DNA from: Escherichia phage BP32
Length of the DNA: 64,000 nt
Sequence record: OR906198.1
Direction: 5' to 3' (one strand)
Part shown: positions 40,541 to 49,554 of the stretch, one piece after another
Layout of the letters: every line of letters begins with the position of its first letter
Numbering within the stretch: the first letter of the stretch is position 1
Translations under genes and position numbers: made by a program
The notes under the pieces: model-generated
The model's input: only the letters and a program-made list of their open reading frames with translations
Databases searched by the model: none
Told to the model about the DNA's origin: nothing

Positions 40541-41509
40541 ATGAAAACTGTAACTATCAATAAAGGTATCTACTTCGGTAAAGAAATCTCTGGAACTTTT
40601 GAGCTCTTAGGCGAATGGTTCCCAGATAATGCTCCGGTAGATGCACAAGGAGATGGTAAAGTTTTTGTTGAAATTGACGGTAAACGTCGCGGTGTTTGGG
40701 TTTACAAATCAGATATTTCATATGATGGTGTAAAAGTTGAAGAAGTTAAAGAATCATATGAAGATATGAAAACCCGCATTAATAAAAGATTTAATGTTAT
40801 GGGAATGATGACGAATGGTATTATTAATGGAAATATTCGTTCATTAATTATCTCTGGCGCAGCAGGTATTGGTAAAACGTATTCTTTAGATAAAGCTTTA
40901 AATAAAGCAAATGATATTGGATACATTGAATATAAAAGCATTAATGGTAAAATCTCTGGTATTGGTCTTTATGAGCAGCTTTGGAATAATCGTGAAGAGA
41001 ACTCTGTCCTTTTGATTGATGATGTGGATGTTTTCTCTGATATGGACATTCTTAATCTTCTGAAAGCTGCTCTGGACACTGGAGAGACCCGTAAAGTCTG
41101 CTGGAGCACTGCATCTTCTTACTTAGAAGAAAAAGGCATTGACCGTGAGTTTGAATTTAAAGGAACGATTGTTTTTATCACAAACGTTGATATTGACCGC
41201 GAATTAGACCGTGGTACTAAACTTGCCCCACACTTACAAGCATTAGTGTCCCGCTCAGTTTATTTAGATTTGGGTGTTCACACTAATGAAGAAATTATGG
41301 TCAGGGTTGAAGATGTTATTCTTTCAACCGACATGATGCAAAAGCGCGGTCTTTCTGATGAAGAAACTTATAAAGCATTATCATGGATGAAAGTTAATGT
41401 TAATCGTTTACGCAATGTTTCACTGCGTACTGCTCTTTATCTTGCTGACTTTATTATGACCGACAAAAACGGTTGGGAAGAAATTGCTGAGGTTACTCTT
41501 CTGAAATAA
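40541..41509 (+). CDS. P-loop ATPase (AAA-like)
   Basis: 322 aa from ATG 40541 behind GGAGAAT RBS; Walker A ISGAAGIGKTYS, Walker B VLLIDDVD, sensor-1-like FITN. Confidence 0.7.
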   Translation: MKTVTINKGIYFGKEISGTFELLGEWFPDNAPVDAQGDGKVFVEIDGKRRGVWVYKSDISYDGVKVEEVKESYEDMKTRINKRFNVMGMMTNGIINGNIRSLIISGAAGIGKTYSLDKALNKANDIGYIEYKSINGKISGIGLYEQLWNNREENSVLLIDDVDVFSDMDILNLLKAALDTGETRKVCWSTASSYLEEKGIDREFEFKGTIVFITNVDIDRELDRGTKLAPHLQALVSRSVYLDLGVHTNEEIMVRVEDVILSTDMMQKRGLSDEETYKALSWMKVNVNRLRNVSLRTALYLADFIMTDKNGWEEIAEVTLLK

Positions 41510-41610
41510 TTCATAAGAGGACTTCTATGACAAAAAGGCAGTTCAGAAATAGATTATATGGACTGCCATTAAAAAGATGACTAGAATTAAACTGGTGAAT
41601 GGAGGTAGTG

Positions 41611-41913
41611 ATGTTATACTCAAAGGCTCGTGAAATTTACGAAACTAAAATTAAAGAAGCAGTATTTCAATTCGCAACGACAATGCGATGGACAAATGAC
41701 TGGGAGTATTCAAAAAATCATAAGAAGCCCATGGTGACAAGAAAGGCTCATATGTTAGTGTTAATAGACCGTGAGCAGATTAAAGCCCGAGAAGCCCTCC
41801 AGAATCATAAAAAGGCTGCCTTTGAATGGTTTATGGATAATACTGCTCCTGAGACTAAGAAAGCGGTAAGTGCATGGTTCAGTGGAAAAAATTGTGAAAG
41901 AAGTTTCTTTTAG
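41611..41913 (+). CDS. hypothetical protein
   Basis: 100 aa from ATG 41611 behind GGAGG RBS (ORF track start 41599). Confidence 0.5.
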   Translation: MLYSKAREIYETKIKEAVFQFATTMRWTNDWEYSKNHKKPMVTRKAHMLVLIDREQIKAREALQNHKKAAFEWFMDNTAPETKKAVSAWFSGKNCERSFF

Positions 41914-41916
41914 TTG

Positions 41917-41945
41917 TTTACAAGACTGTTCCTCTGTGGTACTAT
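41917..41945 (+). promoter_or_regulatory. T4-type early promoter
   Basis: -35 TTTACA, 17-bp spacer, -10 TACTAT; same conserved leader. Confidence 0.7.
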
Positions 41946-41973
41946 ACAACTATCAACTACGGAGGAACAGAAA

Positions 41974-42501
41974 ATGAACGCTAAAGATATTTTCAACTTG
42001 GTAAATTACAACGATGGTAAATTTAAATCTGAAGCACAAAGCAAGTTCTTTAACGACATCTCAATCGGAGGTGAAATCACTGTTGATGGAGGACAAATTT
42101 ACAAATCCCGTTGGAATTGGATCGTTATTATTGATGAGATCGGTATTGTAGAAATTTACAAGAATACGAATAAAAATAGTACATTACACTGGTCTCGTGA
42201 TACTAACGAACAGTACAAAAAGGATAAAGCATCTAAATTATCTCGTGTAACTCAAGAAGATATTGAGTTCATCAAGAAAGATATTTTAATGTATGATAAC
42301 TTAATTGCTGAAGAGCAAGCTGTTATTGATAAATTTGACGAGATTAAAGCTTCTCGTGAAATTCCTGATTTTATGAAAGAATCAGTAAATGAACGATACA
42401 CTCTCATTTCAGAGCGTATTGAAACTTACAAAAAGCAAAGAGCTGAACGCCAAAATACTCTTCGGAAGTTTGAAGAACGGTTAAAGACGGTACTCGCATA
42501 A
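41974..42501 (+). CDS. hypothetical protein with C-terminal coiled coil
   Basis: 175 aa from ATG 41974 behind GGAGGAACAG RBS. Confidence 0.6.
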   Translation: MNAKDIFNLVNYNDGKFKSEAQSKFFNDISIGGEITVDGGQIYKSRWNWIVIIDEIGIVEIYKNTNKNSTLHWSRDTNEQYKKDKASKLSRVTQEDIEFIKKDILMYDNLIAEEQAVIDKFDEIKASREIPDFMKESVNERYTLISERIETYKKQRAERQNTLRKFEERLKTVLA

Positions 42502-42556
42502 CCGCTTTATACCAAGGATGGTATAATGGTTCTAAGCCCTTTTAATTGAGATTATT

Positions 42557-42964
42557 ATGAAACAGCTGATAATTAAAAGATTGAATTTATTGATATGTTG
42601 TTTATGTGTAGTAGTTGCATATGGTTATTACGCAATTAATGATTATATGCATTATAAAGATTATGATGTTACTGTAGTTAATACCATTACAGGAACACAA
42701 GGAAAAGGGTCTAGTTTATCGTTTATTGCCGTATATGAACTCAAAGACGGTTATAGATTTAGTGAATATATTTCACCAGAGATGTATTCGTCAATAGAAA
42801 AAGGTGATAATATTACTGTAAGTTTACGTCCTTTCGACGTAAAACAGACATTGTTTGATAATATTGTTTGGTTCTTTGGAATGGTATTAGTTCAATCTGT
42901 GTGTGGTGCTTATATAGTCTTTTCCATCATATTCTGTGTATTTAGTAAAATTGAAATTGAGTGA
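42557..42964 (+). CDS. membrane protein (N- and C-terminal TM helices)
   Basis: 135-aa ORF; hydrophobic segments LLICCLCVVVAYGYYAI and IVWFFGMVLVQSVCGAYIVFSIIFCVF. Confidence 0.6.
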   Translation: MKQLIIKRLNLLICCLCVVVAYGYYAINDYMHYKDYDVTVVNTITGTQGKGSSLSFIAVYELKDGYRFSEYISPEMYSSIEKGDNITVSLRPFDVKQTLFDNIVWFFGMVLVQSVCGAYIVFSIIFCVFSKIEIE

Positions 42965-42971
42965 GGAAAAT

Positions 42972-43859
42972 ATGTCAGTCGTAATTAATAATGTCAATGC
43001 AGTAATTAAATCTTTAGTTAATAAAAAATCAAATGAATGGACTGTACTTCAACACGACGAGTCAGATAAATTTTTTCATAAATTTAACCCAGTACTAAAT
43101 TTAAATGTTATTGATAAAGATGTTCACGCCGAAATTTTAGATAAGTTTAAAGTTGATATTGGATTTGGATTAGAAAAACATTTACAACGAACAAACGGGT
43201 CTGGAATGCTTTTATCTAATCGCATCATGAAAGCCCTTAATAAAATTGGAGCGTTGTCTCGCATTAACGCGAGTGAAATTCTTCGCAATTATAATAAAGG
43301 ATATGACCTTTATGGTCGACTAATGCCGAAATTATCATTTGACCAAATGATCGCAGATTTGTGGGAAAATCAACGACGATTATTAGCATTAGGCGCTCGA
43401 TTAGCTAAAGGTCTAGATAAACAAATGATTTTTAAAACTAATAATACAGAAGACCTTAAATGCTTTAAATTTAGTACTCGTGGAGATGATTATTACGTCA
43501 GAGCTCGCTCTACAGATTATGTTAATATGGGGCATCATCTCTGTTTAGCTTTTGAAATTTTAAAAGAAGCTGGAACATTAGAATATGTGTCTGGTGCTAA
43601 ATGTCCGATTGGTTCAAGTTGTATTTTAATTTATCGCCCGGATGAATCCAGTTCAACTAAATTGCCTACAAAACCTGTACCAGTTCATAGTAATGAAAAA
43701 CATTCTGAACAAATTGATTATTTTAATAAGCAAATTGAAGAGCTGAATATTTCTATTCAACAATATGACGATGAAATCTTTAGACTATCCGGATTGAGTA
43801 GTAAAGCTAAATCTGAACGTGAAAAATTAATTAAAATTGTTGATTTACTTAAATCTTAA
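42972..43859 (+). CDS. paralog family protein 1 (C-terminal coiled coil)
   Basis: 295 aa from ATG 42972 behind GTGAGGAAAA RBS; shares central motif and C-terminal coiled coil with next three ORFs. Confidence 0.65.
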   Translation: MSVVINNVNAVIKSLVNKKSNEWTVLQHDESDKFFHKFNPVLNLNVIDKDVHAEILDKFKVDIGFGLEKHLQRTNGSGMLLSNRIMKALNKIGALSRINASEILRNYNKGYDLYGRLMPKLSFDQMIADLWENQRRLLALGARLAKGLDKQMIFKTNNTEDLKCFKFSTRGDDYYVRARSTDYVNMGHHLCLAFEILKEAGTLEYVSGAKCPIGSSCILIYRPDESSSTKLPTKPVPVHSNEKHSEQIDYFNKQIEELNISIQQYDDEIFRLSGLSSKAKSEREKLIKIVDLLKS

Positions 43860-43867
43860 GGAACACC

Positions 43868-44896
43868 ATGAAAACTCGTTCTCAAATTGAAGATATGGTT
43901 CGTAATGCCAGTTATACTCGTGATGTTATGACATTTTTGTGTGAAAATAATTTAGACCTTAATAAAGTTAATTGTTCCATTCACGCCTTTAAACATCTGA
44001 ATAGCAGTGAATGGGTGCGTAATTTTAGCGAAGCAGGGTATATTACACAAATGACGGCTCGTGAGCAGCTCACTGATTTCTGTAAAACTATCGATTATAA
44101 AAATCCTCTATTTGTTCAAGGCGTTGGTCAAAGTAAGGTCGATTTATCATCTGGATTTTTTAATCCAAATCATTATCGTATTGAATGGAGATTTATTGCT
44201 CTGTTCCGCAAGCAACTAAAACAAATTTTATCAACTGCGAGTCGATTAAAAGGTTCTGATATTAACTTAAAGAATCTGAAATTTGATGGTTATACTCTTC
44301 AGATGGAAGTAAGACCATTAAAAGAAAATAATAGAACTGCACGAATTAGCTTTAAACCTAATACAAAAAATTCTCTTTCAATTTGTGAATGCCTTAAATC
44401 GCAGTTGACAGAAGCATTTAAGTATATGGATGTTGTTGCTGCTGTCCAGTCTAAGATTTCACAGCGTTTCGAACTATTTAAATTAGACACAACAACATAT
44501 AAACTTGATATGATCGTTTCATTTAAATACGATTTTTTGAGAAAGGACGAAGTCACACAAGAGAAAAAGCAGGAAGTGCAAGATAACTTAAATTTAAATT
44601 TATCCAATTACTCATCAAACGATCCTAAATTTTGGATGTATAGTTCAGGTAATAAAGATGCATGGAAATTCAATAAAGTGAATTTTCTTCCTATTGAAAA
44701 TCCGAGTCTTAAACCTGTTGAAAAATGGCATGCAGATGCGATTGAAAAGTCTATCAAGGCAGTAGATGATGAACTCGTTAAAGCAACTAATGAAGTGTTA
44801 GAAGCTGAAAAGATGCTAGAAAAAGCTCAAGAAAAAGTCAAAAATCTCACGAAGCAACGTTCTAAACTGAACAATGCACTAAATGCACTGAACTAG
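43868..44896 (+). CDS. paralog family protein 2
   Basis: 342-aa ORF; RFIALFRKQLKQILSTASRL motif and C-terminal heptad-repeat helix. Confidence 0.7.
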   Translation: MKTRSQIEDMVRNASYTRDVMTFLCENNLDLNKVNCSIHAFKHLNSSEWVRNFSEAGYITQMTAREQLTDFCKTIDYKNPLFVQGVGQSKVDLSSGFFNPNHYRIEWRFIALFRKQLKQILSTASRLKGSDINLKNLKFDGYTLQMEVRPLKENNRTARISFKPNTKNSLSICECLKSQLTEAFKYMDVVAAVQSKISQRFELFKLDTTTYKLDMIVSFKYDFLRKDEVTQEKKQEVQDNLNLNLSNYSSNDPKFWMYSSGNKDAWKFNKVNFLPIENPSLKPVEKWHADAIEKSIKAVDDELVKATNEVLEAEKMLEKAQEKVKNLTKQRSKLNNALNALN

Positions 44897-44925
44897 TTTA
44901 CTTTACCACAGGGATGTGGTATAAT
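44897..44925 (+). promoter_or_regulatory. T4-type early promoter
   Basis: -35 TTTACT, 17-bp spacer, -10 TATAAT with TGG extension. Confidence 0.65.
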
Positions 44926-44953
44926 GTTCTTACTTTCTACTGAGGAGATTAAT

Positions 44954-45955
44954 ATGACTCGTAACGAATATATCAAATCATTCAATAGCGTTATTGATGA
45001 TAAAGCTATACCGATGTTTGGCCAAAATAGCGTTCTTTCTATTATCAATCAATGGCTCAATAGTGTTGATGCAGGTATTGTTTCTTCTACTAAATTTATT
45101 CATGAAATTCGTAAAATTTCTAGTCGTGTAGATAAAGATGTTATCAAGAAAACCTTTAAAGAGTCTCGTCTTCTTTCATATTTGGTTAATCGGGATATTC
45201 TTGGTAATTTTGGGAAAGAAATTAAACGAACCAAAGATGTAGTAGGATATAATTGGTTCGGTGATGTTAATACTTATCATCTTAATACTAAAGAAGACCC
45301 TGAGAATATTTTTACTCGTCGTTGGGTTAGTGAATTTAGGAGTTTTACGAAGCAAATTCTAAAATCAGCTTCTAAATTATGTTATGGCGATTATCGTCAA
45401 ATTCATCCCTTAGCTGATGATATGATTATAGCAGAAGAATATGAGCTTGATAAAAACAAAGTAGCTATTTTTATTAATTACAGATTTTTTACACCAGAAA
45501 CTAACCAAAGGAATATTAATAAATTTTTCTCAATTGCTAGCACTATAACTCGTCAATTAGAGACTGCACTACTTTGTATGGAAACGGTAGAAAATATTCA
45601 TACTTATCCTTTTAAGAATATGTGCGGCTGGGAAGGATATAAAATTGTAGTTAGTCTTCGTGAAGTGAAATGTGCTTATTCACCGACTGATAAAGAAATT
45701 TACCAACAAAAATGCGAAGAAATTGTGAATACTCCTAAAGAAGAAACTACCCTTGAGGAACTAATGGAATGTCTTGATGATTCGCCTGAACCGGTAGAAA
45801 TTCGTCCAGAAGTTATTGCATTAGAAAAAGCTTATAAAGAAGTTTTAGAAATTTCTAATAAAGCGCAGAAAGAATATGAGAAGGCTAAAAGGATTTGGGA
45901 AGAATCTGTTAATCGCTTGGATCGTCTTGAACAAGCTTTACAGTTAATTAAGTAA
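44954..45955 (+). CDS. paralog family protein 3
   Basis: 333 aa from ATG 44954 behind GAGGAG RBS; same architecture. Confidence 0.7.
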   Translation: MTRNEYIKSFNSVIDDKAIPMFGQNSVLSIINQWLNSVDAGIVSSTKFIHEIRKISSRVDKDVIKKTFKESRLLSYLVNRDILGNFGKEIKRTKDVVGYNWFGDVNTYHLNTKEDPENIFTRRWVSEFRSFTKQILKSASKLCYGDYRQIHPLADDMIIAEEYELDKNKVAIFINYRFFTPETNQRNINKFFSIASTITRQLETALLCMETVENIHTYPFKNMCGWEGYKIVVSLREVKCAYSPTDKEIYQQKCEEIVNTPKEETTLEELMECLDDSPEPVEIRPEVIALEKAYKEVLEISNKAQKEYEKAKRIWEESVNRLDRLEQALQLIK

Positions 45956-46007
45956 TTTAAAGCCAAGGATGGCTCGGAGTATAAATCATTAACTAAGTGA
46001 GAAGAAC

Positions 46008-46937
46008 ATGAAAACTCGTAAACATTATATTGATTATTTTGACAGTCTTATTACTAAACATCGTAATTATCAGATCGGGCACAGAGCAGTAATCAATAAT
46101 ATTCTTCGTGATTTCCTTCAATATGTTGGCCAGGAAAATCATATCTGTAAAGATACTCAAAACGCTTATTCTCATTCGTTGGGCAATTTGCTTCAATGGT
46201 TTAAACGTTCTCGTCTGTTATCTTCTACTGTAGCTAGTGATAACATTAAAAACTTTATGAAGCCGAGCTTCATTAAATCTGCGACATCTATAACCGATTT
46301 GGTTGAATTTACTATTGTTAACGATGTTAAAAAGACCCATTTGGCTGATTGGTTATCTACCATTCCTGAAACTAAATTTGCTGATAAATTCGCTTGTCAA
46401 TTCAATGACCAAGTGAATATGCTTTTTAAGCATGCTCGTAAACTATTTACCGCGGGTGATGACCGTACAAATACAGTTCATGTTAAGGACTGGGTTATTG
46501 CTGATGAAGTAACACACAAGCCAGGTGGTTCATCAGTATTAATTAATATCCAGGTTCCTTATTATTACTCACGTAATCTCGGCACCATGACAGCTAGAGA
46601 AATTAATAAGCATAACAAAACTATTCGTTCGTTGTCTTATAAACTCTGCACGATGGTGGAGATGATGGACGTAGTGGAAATGTATGACGAAACCGAAGAT
46701 AATGGTTCAATGTTATACAGTTCACGCATTCTAATTAAACTGAAGAACCCTAATACGTATAAGCCAGTTGTAAAAGAACCTAAAATAGAAAAGGTTGATA
46801 ACTTGAGCGAAGAACGTGAATACCTCAAATCTCGACTAGTTGAAGTTGAAGCTCAGATTGCCGAACACACTAAATTGTTAAAAGCTCTTAATGCAAAAGC
46901 AAATGGTTTACGTAATGCTATTGAGGTATTGAAATGA
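46008..46937 (+). CDS. paralog family protein 4
   Basis: 309-aa ORF; same architecture. Confidence 0.7.
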   Translation: MKTRKHYIDYFDSLITKHRNYQIGHRAVINNILRDFLQYVGQENHICKDTQNAYSHSLGNLLQWFKRSRLLSSTVASDNIKNFMKPSFIKSATSITDLVEFTIVNDVKKTHLADWLSTIPETKFADKFACQFNDQVNMLFKHARKLFTAGDDRTNTVHVKDWVIADEVTHKPGGSSVLINIQVPYYYSRNLGTMTAREINKHNKTIRSLSYKLCTMVEMMDVVEMYDETEDNGSMLYSSRILIKLKNPNTYKPVVKEPKIEKVDNLSEEREYLKSRLVEVEAQIAEHTKLLKALNAKANGLRNAIEVLK

Positions 46938-47251
46938 AAAAGCGTCTATTAGAAGATATTGCAGCTTCAAGTAATTCCAGTCTAATTAAAATTATTATGG
47001 CTGGTGAAGAAGACGATTTAGAAATGCGTGGAAAGATTCATGGTTGTGACGATCTAGACTTTAAACCTCCTGCTTGGGATGCCATTATGGCTATGGTTGA
47101 ACGCCGCGAAAGGGCTTCTAAGAATGTTCCGAACTGCCCAAAATGTGGTACTAAACAGGTCCAATTGGTCAATTGGCATAAACCAGAACTTGAATATAAA
47201 TGTCGTCATTGCAAACACCGATTTAACCGAGAAGAAAATGCCCAAGCGTAA
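46934..47251 (+). CDS. zinc-ribbon protein
   Basis: 105 aa; CPKCG...CRHCKH four-Cys motif; ATGA-coupled. Confidence 0.6.
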   Translation: MKKRLLEDIAASSNSSLIKIIMAGEEDDLEMRGKIHGCDDLDFKPPAWDAIMAMVERRERASKNVPNCPKCGTKQVQLVNWHKPELEYKCRHCKHRFNREENAQA

Positions 47252-47480
47252 AGAATATATGGAGATTGCTGAAAAAGCAGTCCGTGAATTAGCAATAGCT
47301 TATTATAATGAACACGGTAAATTTCCTGATAGATATAGCGTTCTTAAATCTGCTTTAACTCGTTCATATAAAAATATGCTATCAGAAGTAAGTGATATTA
47401 TATACAAACATAAAGAACAAACGGGCCAAAGTCTTGATTATGACGAGACTTTTAAACAAGTACTAGGAATTAAGGAATAA
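47238..47480 (+). CDS. hypothetical small protein
   Basis: 80 aa from ATG 47238 behind GAGAAGAAA RBS (ORF track 47079). Confidence 0.45.
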   Translation: MPKRKEYMEIAEKAVRELAIAYYNEHGKFPDRYSVLKSALTRSYKNMLSEVSDIIYKHKEQTGQSLDYDETFKQVLGIKE

Positions 47481-47481
47481 T

Positions 47482-47745
47482 ATGTTTAAAGTATATGGTT
47501 ATGATAGCAACATCCACAAATGTGTGTATTGCGATAATGCAAAACGTCTTTTGACTGTGAAGAAACAGCCGTTTGAATTTATCAACATTATGCCGGAAAA
47601 AGGTGTTTTTGATGATGAGAAAATTGCTGAACTTCTGACTAAACTAGGTCGTGACACTCAAATCGGATTGACGATGCCTCAGGTATTTGCTCCTGATGGA
47701 AGTCATATTGGTGGATTTGACCAATTGCGGGAATACTTTAAATGA
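47482..47745 (+). CDS. nrdC: glutaredoxin/thioredoxin NrdC
   Basis: 87 aa with CVYC active-site motif; T4 NrdC length. Confidence 0.85.
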   Translation: MFKVYGYDSNIHKCVYCDNAKRLLTVKKQPFEFINIMPEKGVFDDEKIAELLTKLGRDTQIGLTMPQVFAPDGSHIGGFDQLREYFK

Positions 47746-47957
47746 TGCTCGAAGGAACTGATTATATCCATGACTACCGCGGAAGCGCGGTATATGTGGG
47801 TGATGAGGTTGCAGTTTATTATGGGTATGGAACTTTGATGACAGCAAAGGTTATTCAAATTAAAAATGGCCGTGCTAAACTCGAAGTTTATTATTCTAAT
47901 GGTGAAAAGTCTATTTCTAAATGGAAATACGGCGATTGTATGGTCAAATTGGGGTAA
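47742..47957 (+). CDS. hypothetical small protein
   Basis: 71-aa ORF, ATGA-coupled to nrdC. Confidence 0.5.
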   Translation: MMLEGTDYIHDYRGSAVYVGDEVAVYYGYGTLMTAKVIQIKNGRAKLEVYYSNGEKSISKWKYGDCMVKLG

Positions 47958-47959
47958 AT

Positions 47960-48130
47960 ATGATTTACGATATTAGTGTATCAAGAACTCCGTCAATGGT
48001 TACTATTCCAGCTGAAGAATTAGATCGTCTTCAGAAAATTGAAGAACTTCTTTGGGAAATTGAATCTGATTTGCCATCAGGATTAGAATCCTGGATTGAT
48101 TATGAAGAACTTAATAAATTGCGAAATTAA
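47960..48130 (+). CDS. hypothetical small protein
   Basis: 56 aa from ATG 47960 behind GGGGTAAAT RBS. Confidence 0.4.
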   Translation: MIYDISVSRTPSMVTIPAEELDRLQKIEELLWEIESDLPSGLESWIDYEELNKLRN

Positions 48131-48140
48131 GTGGTGACAA

Positions 48141-48461
48141 ATGACTATTGAAAATAAATTAGATGTTGATGCAGTTCTGAGTGAAATCATCGAAGACCAT
48201 GATGCATTTTCAGAAAACTATGATTTCGATTTTTCGGATTATCTTAAACCTGTCGAAATAGAAGACTGGGTACAAGATGGCAAATGCCAATATCGGCAGT
48301 GTGTTTATTTTAGCCCAAAACATAATGTACATGTTTCCGTAAATGAATGCCGTTCAGGTTCTTACCATTCTGACTGGTATTATGCAGTTCCGACTGTTGA
48401 ATTAGTCGAGCCCCGTGAACGTGTAGTAACTCAGACAATACGAGAATGGATTACGCTATAA
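48141..48461 (+). CDS. hypothetical acidic protein
   Basis: 106-aa ORF. Confidence 0.55.
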   Translation: MTIENKLDVDAVLSEIIEDHDAFSENYDFDFSDYLKPVEIEDWVQDGKCQYRQCVYFSPKHNVHVSVNECRSGSYHSDWYYAVPTVELVEPRERVVTQTIREWITL

Positions 48462-48584
48462 AACCTTGGTGGGCGGCTAGATGGGAAACAGTAGAGCCAG
48501 AGCCGGAAGAACCGGTTTACACTGATGAAGAAACAGTATATAATGAACCAACGATAAATGACTTAATTGATATGGAGATGGGAC

Positions 48585-49031
48585 ATGATTACAGTAGATA
48601 AGTGGTTTAGAATTAATCGTGCTGATAAAGGGCTGTGTAATTACTGGCCGGAACTTAGTGCAGGTACTGTCTTTAAAGTTCGTGAACTCGCAAAAGAATG
48701 CGAAGATGATATAGAACCTGATACTGGAATTATTGAAATTGAACTTTCTGATGGAAAGATTATTAACATCTATGATAAGCCAATTACGTATTGGTGCTTA
48801 TGGAATACTGAATCAGTAGAAAATGGCGAAATTGAAGAAGTTGTAGAACGAGCTGATCAAGCTCTTCATAAACCTAAAGCTGGATTTCAGGGTGAACGCA
48901 TTTCATATGCATTATCTAAATCGGCGTTGAAAAAAGATATTGATGATTATGAAGGAAATTTGATGCAAGCTGCGGCAGAATATATTGAATGGCTTGAAAC
49001 TCAAATTTCTTTTTCTGACCGAGCGTTTTAA
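48585..49031 (+). CDS. hypothetical protein upstream of gene 49 (position of T4 pin/49.x)
   Basis: 148 aa from ATG 48585 behind GGAGATGGG RBS; identity as Pin not verifiable. Confidence 0.55.
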   Translation: MITVDKWFRINRADKGLCNYWPELSAGTVFKVRELAKECEDDIEPDTGIIEIELSDGKIINIYDKPITYWCLWNTESVENGEIEEVVERADQALHKPKAGFQGERISYALSKSALKKDIDDYEGNLMQAAAEYIEWLETQISFSDRAF

Positions 49032-49049
49032 TACTTGAAAATAATAAAT

Positions 49050-49074
49050 ACCCTTATCTATTTAAGGTAAGGGT
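49050..49074 (+). promoter_or_regulatory. hairpin spanning the gene 49 ribosome-binding region
   Basis: ACCCTTA/TAAGGGT stem flanks loop containing AAGG just upstream of gene 49 ATG; resembles the RBS-sequestering structure I recall for T4 gene 49; near-consensus AATAAATA at 49043-49050. Confidence 0.45.
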
Positions 49075-49080
49075 TTTATT

Positions 49081-49554
49081 ATGTTATTGACTGGCAAATT
49101 ATACAAAGAAGAAAAACAAAAATTTTATAATGCGCAAAATGGTAAATGCTTAATTTGCCAACGAGAACTAAATCCTGATGTTCAAGCTAATCACCTCGAC
49201 CATGACCATGAATTAAATGGACCAAAAGCAGGAAAGGTACGTGGATTGCTCTGTAATCTCTGCAATGCTGCGGAAGGTCAAATGAAGCATAAATTTAATC
49301 GTTCTGGCTTAAAGGGACAAGGTGTTGATTATCTTGAATGGTTAGAAAATTTACTTACTTATTTAAAATCCGATTACACCCAAAATAATATTCACCCTAA
49401 CTTCGTTGGAGATAAATCAAAGGAATTTTCTCGTTTAGGAAAAGAGGAAATGATGGCTGAGATGCTTCAAAGAGGATTTGAATATAATGAATCTGACACT
49501 AAAACACAATTAATAGCTTCATTTAAGAAGCAGCTTAGAAAGAGTTTAAAATGA
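49081..49554 (+). CDS. 49: endonuclease VII (Holliday junction resolvase)
   Basis: 157 aa, MLLTGKLYKEEKQKFYNAQNGKCLICQREL..., matches T4 gp49. Confidence 0.9.
   Translation: MLLTGKLYKEEKQKFYNAQNGKCLICQRELNPDVQANHLDHDHELNGPKAGKVRGLLCNLCNAAEGQMKHKFNRSGLKGQGVDYLEWLENLLTYLKSDYTQNNIHPNFVGDKSKEFSRLGKEEMMAEMLQRGFEYNESDTKTQLIASFKKQLRKSLK

Noticed and set aside
48585-49031. Assignment of the ORF upstream of gene 49 as Pin (Lon protease inhibitor)
   Set aside because: Position is compatible but I cannot verify sequence identity, and T4 has several 49.x ORFs in this interval; left unnamed
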